This document shows positions 31,120 through 41,285 of a stretch of 64,000 bases of DNA, in pieces. The notes below the pieces were generated by a model, which made no database searches, was not told where the DNA came from, and saw only the letters and a list, made by a program, of their open reading frames with translations. The stretch is from Verrucomicrobiota bacterium (GTDB lineage Bacteria; Verrucomicrobiota; Verrucomicrobiia; Limisphaerales; Palsa-1400). The DNA lies in the NCBI GenBank assembly GCA_049510745.1, contig JBEKYR010000008.1, positions 160,001-224,000 of the forward strand, read 5' to 3'. The stretch's first letter is position 1. Each line of letters opens with the position of its first letter. Both the position numbers and the translations under genes were made by a program.

Positions 31120-32948
31120 AACACTCCAATTTTGATATGTCCGCCGGGAAAAACATCGTCCTCTTGTTTCTCGCCGCCACGGTCGCCGCCGGGGCGTTCA
31201 TGGCCGGCTGCTCCAAAAGCCGGGAGAACGGCGGCGCGGCACAAGCGGCAAAAACACTCTACACGTGCGGCATGCACCCGCAGGTGATTCAGGACCATCC
31301 CGGCAATTGCCCGATCTGCGGCATGAAGCTCACGCCGATTCGCAAACAAGCCGGCGTCGAAAACGCCGCCGCCAGCGCGGGCGCCCAGCCCGGCGAACGC
31401 AAAATCAAATACTACAAATCCACCATGATGCCGGGCGAAGCGCGGCCAACGCCGGGCAAGGACAGCATGGGCATGGACATGGTTCCCGTGTATGAAGACG
31501 AAGCCGCCGCCGAGTCGCAGACCATCGCCATTGACCCTGTGACGATTCAGAACATGGGCATCCGCACCGCCGCCGTCGCGCGCGGGCCGTTGCGCCGGAG
31601 CATCCGCACCGTTGGGGTCATTGATTACAACGAGACGACGCTGGGCGACGTGACCACCAAATTCAAGGGCTGGGCTGAAAAGCTTTACGTCAATGCCACG
31701 GGCCAGTTGGTCATGCGCGGCGACCCGCTGTTTGAAATTTATTCGCCCGAACTTTACAGCGCACAGGTCGAGTATCTGCTGGCGGCCGGTTCGCCCGCGA
31801 ACGCCGCGCCCGGCGCGGAAGGCATCCGCGCCAGCGCCCTCACCAAGCTCAAGTTCTTCGACATCTCCGATGAACAAATCGCCGAGTTGGAGCGCACCCG
31901 GCAGCCGCGGAAAACCCTGCGCATCCTGGCGCCGCAGGACGGCTTCGTCGTCGAAAAAAATGTCGTCGAAGGCCAGATGGTGGACTCGGGCATGAAGATT
32001 TACCGGCTGGCGGACCTGGGATTGGTCTGGGTGCAGGCGGACATTTATGAACAGGACTTGGCGTATATCAAGCTGGGCCAGGAGGCGACCGTCACGCTCT
32101 CCTACCTGCCGGACCGCGAGTTTCGCGGGCGCGTCACTTACATCTATCCAAACGTGGATGAGAAAACCCGCACCGCCCGCGTCCGCATGGAGTTCCACAA
32201 TCCGGGCTACTTCCTCAAGCCCGGCATGTTCGCCACCGTCAAAGTGGTCTCCGAGCTGGCGCCGTCCGTCTTGCTGATCCCCGACATGGCCATTCTGCGC
32301 AGCGGCGAGAAGACCACCGTCTTCGTGGCGTTGGACGGCGGAAAGTTTGACCCGCGCACCGTCACGCTCGGGCCGCAGGCGGAGAACGACGACTATCAGG
32401 TTCTCAGCGGGTTGAGCGAGGGCGAGCGGATTGTCACCTCGGGCCAGTTCATGCTCGATTCGGAAAGCCAGCTCCGCGAGGCGATTCAGAAAATGCTCGA
32501 GCCGCGCCAAGCCTCCGCGCGCGCGGAGCGGGAGCGAGCCGTAGCGCCTTCCGCACTGAGCGCCACCAACGCTCCACCCTCCCCGGCCACCGAGGCCGTG
32601 AAATACATCTGCCCGATGCCGGAGCATGTTTCCATCGAATACGACCATCCCGGCAAATGTCCCATTTGCGGCATGACGCTGGTGCCCGTGTCCCAAGCCA
32701 TGCTCAAGAAACTCCAGCCGGGCGGGAAGGTTCTTTACTACACCTGCCCGATGCCGGAGCACAGCGACGTGCGGTCCGACAAACCGGGCCAGTGCCCCAA
32801 ATGCGGCATGACGCTCATTCCGATAATTGAAGCGCCGCCCCTGCCGCCGTCCGCGACCGCTCCCACAAGCAATCCTTCGGGTTCGGCAACTCCCGCCGGC
32901 GCCATGACAATGCCTGAGGGAACGATCATGCCCGGACAAAAGAACTAA
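31116..32948 (+). CDS. cusB: CusB-type RND periplasmic adaptor with multiple heavy-metal-binding domains
   Basis: YTCGMHP..PG.CPICGM.L, PGKDSMGMDMVP, YSPEL..AQ.E, LKPGM, and two C-terminal Y.CPM..H...PG.CP.CGM.L units. Confidence 0.88.
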   Translation: MKHSNFDMSAGKNIVLLFLAATVAAGAFMAGCSKSRENGGAAQAAKTLYTCGMHPQVIQDHPGNCPICGMKLTPIRKQAGVENAAASAGAQPGERKIKYYKSTMMPGEARPTPGKDSMGMDMVPVYEDEAAAESQTIAIDPVTIQNMGIRTAAVARGPLRRSIRTVGVIDYNETTLGDVTTKFKGWAEKLYVNATGQLVMRGDPLFEIYSPELYSAQVEYLLAAGSPANAAPGAEGIRASALTKLKFFDISDEQIAELERTRQPRKTLRILAPQDGFVVEKNVVEGQMVDSGMKIYRLADLGLVWVQADIYEQDLAYIKLGQEATVTLSYLPDREFRGRVTYIYPNVDEKTRTARVRMEFHNPGYFLKPGMFATVKVVSELAPSVLLIPDMAILRSGEKTTVFVALDGGKFDPRTVTLGPQAENDDYQVLSGLSEGERIVTSGQFMLDSESQLREAIQKMLEPRQASARAERERAVAPSALSATNAPPSPATEAVKYICPMPEHVSIEYDHPGKCPICGMTLVPVSQAMLKKLQPGGKVLYYTCPMPEHSDVRSDKPGQCPKCGMTLIPIIEAPPLPPSATAPTSNPSGSATPAGAMTMPEGTIMPGQKN

Positions 32949-32957
32949 AGGGCGATC

Positions 32958-35900
32958 ATGCTCAGAGGCGTCATTGATTTTTCGCTCAAGAACAAATTCA
33001 TCGTTCTGCTCGGCACGGTCACGCTCGTGCTTGGCGGCATTTATGCCGTGCGCAACATTCCGCTCGACGCCATCCCCGACCTGTCGGACGTGCAGGTGAT
33101 CATCTACACCGAATGGCCCGGCCAGGCGCCCCAAATCGTCCAGGACCAGGTCACCTATCCCCTCACGACCAAAATGCTTTCCGTGCCGAAGGCGACCGTC
33201 GTGCGCGGCTATTCTTTTTACGGCTTCTCCTTCGTCTATGTGATTTTTCAGGACGGCACGGACCCGTATTGGGCGCGCAGCCGGGTGCTCGAATACCTGA
33301 ACGGCATGAGCGGACAACTGCCGCAAGGCGTTTCGCCCGCCCTCGGCCCGGACGCCACCGGCGTCGGCTGGGCGTTCATGTATTCGCTCAACTCCACCAA
33401 CCGCGACCTGGCCCAACTGCGTTCGATGCAGGACTGGTATCTGCGTTATCAAATCGCGTCCGTCGAGGGCGTGTCCGAAGTCGCTTCCGTCGGCGGTTTC
33501 GTCAAGCAGTATCAAGTCACGGTGGACCCCGCCCGGCTGCGCGCTTTCCACCTGTCGATTTCTGACGTGGCGATGGCCGTCAAGCGCAGCAACGGCGAGG
33601 TCGGCGGCCGTTCCATCGAATTGTCGGAAAAGGAATTCATCCTGCGCGTCAAGGGTTACGTGCAGAATCTGGACGATCTGCGCAAAGTGGCGGTGGGCGT
33701 GGGTGACAAGGGCGTTCCGATTCTCCTCAGCCAGGTCGCCAACGTCGAACTCGGCCCCGACATGCGGCGCGGCATCGCCGAGTTCAACGGCGAAGGCGAA
33801 ACCGTCGGCGGCATCGTCGTGGTGCGCTACGGCGCCAACGCCCGCCAGGTCATCCTTGACGTCAAGCAAAAGCTCGACGCGGCGATGAAGGGACTGCCGC
33901 CGGACGTGCAATACACCATCGCCTATGACCGCAGCGCGCTGATCCATCGCGCCGTCAAAACGCTCGAAGAAAAGCTCCTTGAGGAAAGCCTCGTCGTGGC
34001 GCTGGTCTGCCTGGCCTTCCTCATGCACCTGCGCAGTTCCCTCGTGGCCATCCTCATCCTGCCCATCGCCGTGCTGATTTCGTTCCTCGTCATGTTTGGC
34101 CAGGGCCTCAGCTCGAACATCATGTCGCTGGGCGGCATCGCCATCGCCATCGGCGCGATGGTCGATGCGGCCATCATCATGATTGAAAACGCCCACAAAC
34201 ATATTGAGCGCGACCACGGCAACAAGCCGCATTGGGACATCATCCGCGACGCCGCGGTCGAAGTCGGGCCGACGCTCTTTTACTCGCTGCTCGTCATTAC
34301 GGTGTCGTTCATTCCCATCTTCACGTTCCAGGCGCAGGAAGGCCGGCTCTTCAAGCCGCTGGCGTTCACCAAGACCTATTCGATGGCTGCGGCCGCGCTG
34401 CTCTCCATCACGCTGGCCCCGGTTTTGATGGGATTTTTTATCCGCGGCAAAATCCCGCCCGAAGAAAAAAACCCCCTCAACCGCTTGCTGCTCTGGCTCT
34501 ATCATCCGGCGATTGACTTCGTCATCAAATGGCGCCGGGCCGTCATTGCCACGGCCGCGTTGCTGGTCGTTTGGGTGTTCTTTCCGTGGAACGCTCTGAC
34601 CGCGCGCCTTTTGCCCGATGGCAAGGTCAAGGAATGGGCCTTCAGAGCCGGGAAATTCTTCCCTTACCAGAACATCGGCCGGGAATTCATGCCGCCACTC
34701 TACGAAGGGGACTTGCTCTACATGCCGACGACTTTCCCCGGCATCTCTCCCACCAAGGCGCGTGAAGTGCTGCAAACCACCGACCGAATCATTCACCGGT
34801 TCCCCGAAGTGCGGAACGTCTTCGGCAAAATTGGCCGCGCCGAGACGGCCACCGACCCCGCTCCGTTCGACATGATCGAAACCACCATCATGCTCAAACC
34901 GGAAGAAGAATGGCCCGCGGTGGACATCCAGGACGATGCCGGCAACATCACCGCCCACCGCCGCCGCACGCCGGACGAATTGGTGGACGCGATGAACGCC
35001 GCCGTGCAAATCCCCGGCCTCAACAACGCCTGGACCATGCCGATCAGGACGCGCATCGACATGCTGGCGACCGGCATCAAGACGCCGGTGGGCATCAAGG
35101 TCGCCGGGCCGGATTTGGCGGAATTGGAGCGCGTCGCTTCGGAAGTCGAGGCGGTGGTCAAAACCGTGCCCGGCACTTTGAGCGCGTTTGCCGAGCGCAC
35201 GATGGGCGGAAACTACATCCAGTTCACCATTGACCGCGACGCCATCGCCCGCTACGGCCTGCGCGTCGGCGACGTGCAGGACGTGCTCGAAGTGGCGCTT
35301 GGCGGAATGCCCTTGACAACCACCGTCGAGGGCTTGGAACGTTACACGGTCAATCTCCGCTACAGCCGCGATTTCCGCGAAAACCTTGGCGCCCTGCGCG
35401 ACATCATCGTGCCCACGCCCGCCGGCGCGCAAGTGCCGCTGGGCCAGTTGGCGAAAATCGAAACCGTCCGCGCCCCGATGGGCATTAAAAGCGAGGCGGC
35501 CGTGCCCAACGCCTGGGTTTACGTGGACGTCAAAGGCATGGACATCGGCACCTATGTGCAAACGGCCATCCGCGCCGTCAACGACGCCGTGGCCAGGGGC
35601 CAAATCCATCTCCCGACCGGCTACAACATTTTTTGGAGCGGCCAATATGAATACATGCAGCGGGCCAAGGCGCGATTGATGCTCATGGTGCCGCTGACGC
35701 TGCTCATCATCGTGCTCATCATTTACCTCAACACTCGTTCAGCCGTCCAGACCGCCATCGTGATGCTCGCCGTTCCCTTTTCGCTGGTGGGCGCGTTCGC
35801 GGCCATCCACTGGCTCGGATACAACCTGAGCGTCGCCGTCTGGGTTGGCATCATCGCCTTGGCCGGCCTGGACGCTGAGACCGGCGTGGTCATGTTGCTT

Positions 35901-36218
35901 TATCTCAACCTCGCCTACGACCAGTGGATCAAACAAGGCCGGATGCGCAACGTCACCGACCTGCGCGACGCCATCTATCACGGCGCCGTCAAGCGGGTCC
36001 GCCCCAAAGCCATGACCGCCTGCGTCATCATCGCCGGCCTGATGCCGATCATGTGGAGCCACGGCGCCGGCGCGGACGTGATGAAACGCATCGCCACGCC
36101 GATGATTGGCGGCGTGGTCACCTCCACCCTCATGGAACTTTTGGTTTATCCCGCGATTTTTTACGTCTGGCGCGCGCCGCGCGTCGAGTCCGTCGCCGCC
36201 ACCCCGGCGGCAACCTGA
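32958..36218 (+). CDS. cusA: CusA/SilA heavy-metal RND efflux transporter
   Basis: PLDAIPDLSDVQVI, GPDATGVG, AIGAMVDA, EFMP.L.EG, TMPI..RIDML, RVRPK.MT. Confidence 0.95.
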   Translation: MLRGVIDFSLKNKFIVLLGTVTLVLGGIYAVRNIPLDAIPDLSDVQVIIYTEWPGQAPQIVQDQVTYPLTTKMLSVPKATVVRGYSFYGFSFVYVIFQDGTDPYWARSRVLEYLNGMSGQLPQGVSPALGPDATGVGWAFMYSLNSTNRDLAQLRSMQDWYLRYQIASVEGVSEVASVGGFVKQYQVTVDPARLRAFHLSISDVAMAVKRSNGEVGGRSIELSEKEFILRVKGYVQNLDDLRKVAVGVGDKGVPILLSQVANVELGPDMRRGIAEFNGEGETVGGIVVVRYGANARQVILDVKQKLDAAMKGLPPDVQYTIAYDRSALIHRAVKTLEEKLLEESLVVALVCLAFLMHLRSSLVAILILPIAVLISFLVMFGQGLSSNIMSLGGIAIAIGAMVDAAIIMIENAHKHIERDHGNKPHWDIIRDAAVEVGPTLFYSLLVITVSFIPIFTFQAQEGRLFKPLAFTKTYSMAAAALLSITLAPVLMGFFIRGKIPPEEKNPLNRLLLWLYHPAIDFVIKWRRAVIATAALLVVWVFFPWNALTARLLPDGKVKEWAFRAGKFFPYQNIGREFMPPLYEGDLLYMPTTFPGISPTKAREVLQTTDRIIHRFPEVRNVFGKIGRAETATDPAPFDMIETTIMLKPEEEWPAVDIQDDAGNITAHRRRTPDELVDAMNAAVQIPGLNNAWTMPIRTRIDMLATGIKTPVGIKVAGPDLAELERVASEVEAVVKTVPGTLSAFAERTMGGNYIQFTIDRDAIARYGLRVGDVQDVLEVALGGMPLTTTVEGLERYTVNLRYSRDFRENLGALRDIIVPTPAGAQVPLGQLAKIETVRAPMGIKSEAAVPNAWVYVDVKGMDIGTYVQTAIRAVNDAVARGQIHLPTGYNIFWSGQYEYMQRAKARLMLMVPLTLLIIVLIIYLNTRSAVQTAIVMLAVPFSLVGAFAAIHWLGYNLSVAVWVGIIALAGLDAETGVVMLLYLNLAYDQWIKQGRMRNVTDLRDAIYHGAVKRVRPKAMTACVIIAGLMPIMWSHGAGADVMKRIATPMIGGVVTSTLMELLVYPAIFYVWRAPRVESVAATPAAT

Positions 36219-36253
36219 AACGGGGTTCACGAGAGAACGCCCGGCCCAAGGTC

Positions 36254-36904
36254 TCACTTTTTGAAAAAGGGCGTTTGCTCCAAGGCGTTGAAGATGAATT
36301 GCACCGCCACCGAAGCCAGGAGCAGCCCGAACAATCGCGTGACCAGCTTGAGCGCCAGGGAGTTGAGATAATGCGCCCCGCGCACCGCCAGCCAAAAGAC
36401 CCAGTAACTCATAAAACACACCAGGGCGATGGCGGCAAAGAGGACCGCAACCTGGGCGATCCCCTTGGCCTGATTGAGCAGAATCAGCACCGTCGAAATC
36501 GCCCCCGGCCCAGCCAGCATGGGCACGCCCAGCGGCGTGATGGCAATGTCATCCTTGGCCGCCCCGGCCGCCACTTCTTCAACCGTCTCTTGCGCGGGCG
36601 AGCGCCGGGCATAAAGCATGTCCAGGGCGATGCGCAACAGGAGGATGCTGCCGGCCATCTGAAACGCCGGCAGCGTAATGCCCATCACCTTGAAAATCAG
36701 ATTCCCGGCCGCGGCGAAAACCACCAGCACTCCGGCCGACACCCAGCAAGCCAGACGCGCCATGCGCAGCTTTGCCGCCGGAGCATCGTTGGGCGTCATG
36801 GCGATGAACGCCGGCACCACCGCGATCGGGTCCAGGATCACAAAGATCGACGTGACCGCCAACAGACTATATTCGCCAAAAGTCATCTCCGGGAATACTG
36901 CCAC
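36254..36904 (-). CDS. MarC family membrane protein
   Basis: DPI..VP.F, IAITPL..P.LAGPGAI. Confidence 0.92.
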   Translation of the reverse strand: MAVFPEMTFGEYSLLAVTSIFVILDPIAVVPAFIAMTPNDAPAAKLRMARLACWVSAGVLVVFAAAGNLIFKVMGITLPAFQMAGSILLLRIALDMLYARRSPAQETVEEVAAGAAKDDIAITPLGVPMLAGPGAISTVLILLNQAKGIAQVAVLFAAIALVCFMSYWVFWLAVRGAHYLNSLALKLVTRLFGLLLASVAVQFIFNALEQTPFFKK

Positions 36905-37019
36905 TCTGCCGATTCAATGGAAACACCGCCGCCTTCTTTAACCAAGGCAAAATCCGCTAAGACCTCGCCAAAAAGCGGCCAGCCAATCCGTCTTCGATGC
37001 GTTAAGCTTACAGAGTACA

Positions 37020-37604
37020 ATGCTGATCGACATGACTGCCGCTCAAGAAGAATCGAACCTCGAGGGCTACCCGCGACAATATGAAACCAGAGCGCGGTTC
37101 GCGGGGCCTCTTGACCTCTTCTTCCGTCCGATCAAGCCCACGGACGCGGCCGCATTGCGGGAACTTTTTCGCTCGCATTCGGAGCAAACCATTCTTTACC
37201 GGTTCTTCACCTCCTGGCGCGAATTACCGCCGGAGCTGCTGCAAAAATTCGTCAACCTCGACTATCGCAACGACATGGCCATCGTCGGGCTGGCCCCGGT
37301 GACGGGCGGCGAACGGATCTTGTGCGTGGGCCGTTATTTTCGAGTGGCCAATTCCAACGACGCCGAACTGGCCATCACGGTGCATGACGATTTTCAGAAA
37401 CGCGGGATCGGGACCTTTCTGCTTCGCTTGTTGCTCAAGATCGCCCGTCAATATGGGATCGAGGTTTTTTCGGCCGACGTTCTGGCCGAGAATCGCGGCA
37501 TGATGCGTCTGCTCTGCAAGGAAGCCGGGAAATTGGAAACCCGCCTGGAAGCCGGCGTTTACCACGTGCGTTTCCCCTTGGGACCTGCCGGGGGAGGCGA
37601 ATGA
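37020..37604 (+). CDS. GNAT N-acetyltransferase (stand-alone Pat-type GNAT domain)
   Basis: RPI.P.D, S..T..YRFF, DY...MA, V.D..Q.RGIGT.LL, VL.EN..M. Confidence 0.85.
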   Translation: MLIDMTAAQEESNLEGYPRQYETRARFAGPLDLFFRPIKPTDAAALRELFRSHSEQTILYRFFTSWRELPPELLQKFVNLDYRNDMAIVGLAPVTGGERILCVGRYFRVANSNDAELAITVHDDFQKRGIGTFLLRLLLKIARQYGIEVFSADVLAENRGMMRLLCKEAGKLETRLEAGVYHVRFPLGPAGGGE

Positions 37605-37682
37605 CACCGGGATTCCCCTTCACCCGGCCCCGTCCGCGAAGTTTTCTTGCCTTCCGCATGGGATTAAATCATTTTTTTGGCC

Positions 37683-38159
37683 ATGGAATCCCATGAGTTA
37701 TTGCGCGATGTTTTTCAGAAAATAAGCCCAAAACAAGCCGCCGCCGACTTGGGCCTGTCCCTTTCCATGGTCTATAAATGGGCCGAGCCGCCCGAACAAC
37801 GCAGCGGCGCCGCCAATCCCCTGGACCGCGTGGCCGCTTTGATCCGATGCAGCGACGACTCCCGCATCGCCCAGTGGATTTGCCACAAGGCGGGCGGCTT
37901 TTACGTCAAGAATCCACGCAACATCCATCCTCATCCCCTCCACTTGGTCCCCGCCATGAACACCGTCGTCCAGGAGTTTGCCGACCTCTTGTCCGTCATG
38001 GCCGCCGCCGCCAACGACAGCAAGATCACCGCCGCCGAAGCCAAGTCGATCCGCGACCGCTGGGAGGAACTCAAGACGGTCACGGAGGAATTTGTCCGCT
38101 GCTGCGAGGAGGGCAACTTCCGCCCCATCCATGGCGCGGCGCCGCCCGAGAAATTGTAG
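37683..38159 (+). CDS. Phage CII/CP76-like HTH regulatory protein
   Basis: N-terminal HTH (KQAAADLGLSLSMVYKW), NPLDR, C-terminal D..IT..E...I. Confidence 0.65.
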   Translation: MESHELLRDVFQKISPKQAAADLGLSLSMVYKWAEPPEQRSGAANPLDRVAALIRCSDDSRIAQWICHKAGGFYVKNPRNIHPHPLHLVPAMNTVVQEFADLLSVMAAAANDSKITAAEAKSIRDRWEELKTVTEEFVRCCEEGNFRPIHGAAPPEKL

Positions 38160-38163
38160 GCGC

Positions 38164-39771
38164 ATGAGTTCCCCGTTTCGGCGGTCCGCCGGGGTTTGCC
38201 TCCTGGCGCTGCTGGCGGGCGGCGCGCCGCCGCTGCCGGCGGCGGAGGTCATCCAGAGCGATCTGTGTGTTTTTGGCGCCACCTCCGCCGGCGTGGCCGC
38301 GGCCGTGCAGGCCGCGCGCGAAGGCCGGAAAGTGGTGTTGACGGAATTCGGCGGCCACCTCGGCGGCATGACCGCCGGGGGCCTGAGCCAGACGGACATC
38401 GGCAACAAAGGCGCCATCGGCGGCATCGCCCGCGAGTTTTACCGGCGCATGGGCCGCCACTACGGCTCCAACGAAGTCTGGAAGCTCGAACCCGGCGTCG
38501 CGGAAAGCGTGTTCCAGGACCTGATCGCCGGGGCCGCCGTGCCGGTTTACTTCCACCGCCGGCTGGCTGGCGTCAAAACCAGCGGCGCGCGCCTGGCCGA
38601 AATCCAGATGGAGGACGGCTCGGTCTTCCGCGCCAAAATGTTTATTGACGCCAGTTACGAGGGCGATTTGATGGCCGCGGCCGGGGTTTCCTTCTTTGTC
38701 GGACGCGAGGCCAACGCCCGCTACGGTGAAACCCTCGACGGCATCCGCGCCCTCACGCCCCAGCACCAATTCACCGTCGCGGTGGACCCGTATGTCCGTC
38801 CGGGCGATCCGGCCAGCGGCCTGCTGCCGGGAGTGCAGGACCAGGCGCCAGGCCTGCCGGGGGCGGGCGACAACTCCGTGCAGGCTTACAACTTCCGGCT
38901 TTGCCTGACGCAAAACCCGACGAACAAACTGCCCATCGAACCGCCCGCCCACTACGACCCGGCGCAATACGAATTGCTGGCCCGCTACCTGGAAGCCCTC
39001 GTGGCCGCCGGCAAGCCGCCGCGCCTGGGCCAGTTGATCGACCTCCAGCCCATGCCGCACGGCAAGACCGACATCAACAACAACGGCCCCTTCTCGACCG
39101 ATTTTATTGGCGGCAACCAGGGCTACTCCGGCGGCGACTACGCCCAGCGCGCCCGCATCTGGCAGGCGCACGAGGATTACACCCGCGGCTTTCTGCATTT
39201 CCTGGCAGCCAGCCCGCGCGTCCCGGCCCCCCTCCGCGCCGAGATGCAATCCTGGGGGCTGTGTAAAGATGAATTTCAAGACACCGGCGGCTGGCCCCAT
39301 CAACTCTACATTCGCGAGGCCCGCCGCATGGTCTCCGACTATGTCATGACCGAAAACAACTGCCGCCATTCCCTGGCCGTGCCCGACGCCGTGGCGCTGG
39401 CGGCCTACACCATGGATTCGCACAATTGCCGCCGCATCGTCCGCGAGGGCCGCGTGGAAAACGAAGGCGACGTGCAGGTGGGCGGATTTCCCCCCTACCC
39501 GATCAGTTACCGCTCGCTCACGCCGCGCAAGCGGGAATGCGAAAACCTTCTCGTGCCCGTCTGTCTTTCCGCCACACACATCGCCTACGGGTCCATCCGC
39601 ATGGAACCGGTATTCATGGTTCTTGGGCAGTCGGCGGCCGTGGCGGCCGGGCTGGCCCTGGAAAAGAACGTGCCGGTGCAGGAGATTCCCTACGGCCAAT
39701 TGCGCCAGCGCCTGCTGGCGGCCCGCCAGGTATTGGAATGGCCGCCCCCGCCCGCCCCGCCCTCCCCGTGA
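38164..39771 (+). CDS. Secreted FAD-dependent oxidoreductase
   Basis: Signal peptide; VFGATSAGVAAA, GGMTAGGL, FIDASYEGDL, Y.REARR, SIRMEP. Confidence 0.88.
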   Translation: MSSPFRRSAGVCLLALLAGGAPPLPAAEVIQSDLCVFGATSAGVAAAVQAAREGRKVVLTEFGGHLGGMTAGGLSQTDIGNKGAIGGIAREFYRRMGRHYGSNEVWKLEPGVAESVFQDLIAGAAVPVYFHRRLAGVKTSGARLAEIQMEDGSVFRAKMFIDASYEGDLMAAAGVSFFVGREANARYGETLDGIRALTPQHQFTVAVDPYVRPGDPASGLLPGVQDQAPGLPGAGDNSVQAYNFRLCLTQNPTNKLPIEPPAHYDPAQYELLARYLEALVAAGKPPRLGQLIDLQPMPHGKTDINNNGPFSTDFIGGNQGYSGGDYAQRARIWQAHEDYTRGFLHFLAASPRVPAPLRAEMQSWGLCKDEFQDTGGWPHQLYIREARRMVSDYVMTENNCRHSLAVPDAVALAAYTMDSHNCRRIVREGRVENEGDVQVGGFPPYPISYRSLTPRKRECENLLVPVCLSATHIAYGSIRMEPVFMVLGQSAAVAAGLALEKNVPVQEIPYGQLRQRLLAARQVLEWPPPPAPPSP

Positions 39772-39918
39772 GGGCAAACGCATCTCATGTTTTTGGTAGG
39801 GCCGTGCTGCCGCATGGCCACTGATGTTTTGGTAGGGCCGTGCTGCCGCATGGCCACTGATGTTTTGGTAGGGCCGTGCTGCCGCGCGGCCACTGACTAT
39901 TGCAGTGCCTTCAAAAAA
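39632..39918 (+). repeat. Direct repeat A, copy 1 (3' end of FAD oxidoreductase plus REP)
   Basis: Aligns by eye with 44316-44528 apart from two extra 36-bp units. Confidence 0.9.
39789..39896 (+). repeat. Three tandem 36-bp GTAG-type REP units
   Basis: TGTTTTGGTAGGGCCGTGCTGCCGCATGGCCACTGA x3 with no spacers; GTAG followed by the hairpin GGCCGTGC-TGCC-GCATGGCC. Confidence 0.88.
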
Positions 39919-39925
39919 AGCCTGG

Positions 39926-41209
39926 TCAGCAAAATCTGTGGGTGAGGACATCGGGTTCGGGGAGCCTTCCTAACGTGTGATACAAGGCGATCTCCATCGC
40001 ATCTTAGGTGCGAAAGCCATAGGATCGTCTGGTTACCACTCGGATTTTATTGTTCAGACCCTCGACGGCGCCGCTGGAGACTTCGCCTTTGGCTTTGAAC
40101 CAATTCATCAACAACTCTTGATGAGCGCGCAACGTCCGCGCCACTTTCTTCATGGGTTCAATGCGGCTGCGCAAGGCGCGCCACGTCCAATCATCCAAAA
40201 AGTAGCCCGCCCAAGTCAGCGATTTGTAGCTCCTGAAGTGCTGGAACGTTTCCTTGAGGATCCAGGCCCGTGCGGTGGCCAGCTTGCTGGCGACCAAAGC
40301 CTTGAGCTGGCATCGAGCTTTGCCGCGCACCCGGCTGCCTCGCCGCAACAGTTTCCAGCGCATTTCTTTGAGATGCCTGGCTTGGGCTGAGGCCGCAATC
40401 CGCAAGCGGCCGCTTTCGGCCCGGCGCACTTGATCGACGGCCTGGTTCAAGTGCGTTGTGATATGGAACCGGTCCAGCACATGCAACGCCTGGCCCGCCT
40501 TGGCGGCGATGACGTTGAGATAAGGCCGCCACATGTCGCTGCACACAAAGCGCCGTCCTTTGACGGTGTCCTCACCCAGCGCCGCCAGGCCCCGGCGCAA
40601 GGTGGCTTGGGTGCGCCGCTTGCCTCCCCACAATAAACGGCGGCGATCGGGGTCAATCTGGTAAATTACGGTCAGGAAATTATCCGCCCGCTTGCTCTTG
40701 CCCCAGTGGATTTCGTCCACGCCGATTGATTCGACCCCTTCGAGTTTGCGGTGCGCCAAGCCCCATTGCACAAACCACTCCACCGAGCGGTAAACGCATT
40801 CCCAACTGGTGTGGAAGGCCTGCGCTGTCTCGCGCCACGACAAACGCCGCGCCCAGCGGGAAAGAAAGCACATCATGGCAATGGTTACCGGCCGCTTGCC
40901 CTGGCTTCAGGGAACGTGCTCGATGACCACCCCGCAGGTCGGGCAGTTGACCCGCCGGGCGGCGTAGAGAAAGCAGGTCATGATTCCCCACAGCGGCACA
41001 AAGAGCCAGGAACGTTGGGGCAACTGGTCATAGCCGGGGGCCGGCTGCAAGCAGTGGGAGCACTTGGCGCGGATGCCGGCCTTGGGTTGGAGGGTGATCT
41101 GGATTTGGCGGGGGCGGCCTTTGCGGTCGCGCAGCAAGCGGATGTCGTCGTAAACGAAGCCAACAAAGTGTTGAACGGCGTTGAGCAGGGTCTTAACTTG
41201 GAGCTGCAT
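39926..41209 (-). pseudogene. ISL3 family transposase pseudogene
   Basis: Zn-finger (C.HC...V.CP.CG), IGVDE, CSDMW, DRFH, EGLNNK and YGFR motifs; ends LPEP..THRFC. Two in-frame stops (TGA 40907-40909, TAA 40004-40006). Confidence 0.92.
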
Positions 41210-41285
41210 AGCTGGTCTGTCGGCCCGGGTCTGTCGGCCCGGGCCGGGCGCTGAACTTCTATTCACACAACGCAGGTTGATACAA

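Noticed and set aside
30903..35645. 1580-aa minus-strand ORF and other long shadow ORFs (e.g. 8675-10960, 24836-27304, 52993-55017)
   Set aside because: They are antisense to well-supported genes in GC-rich DNA and have no recognisable motifs.
39789..39896. CRISPR array (36-bp repeats)
   Set aside because: The units abut with no spacers and there are no cas genes; it fits a tandem REP.
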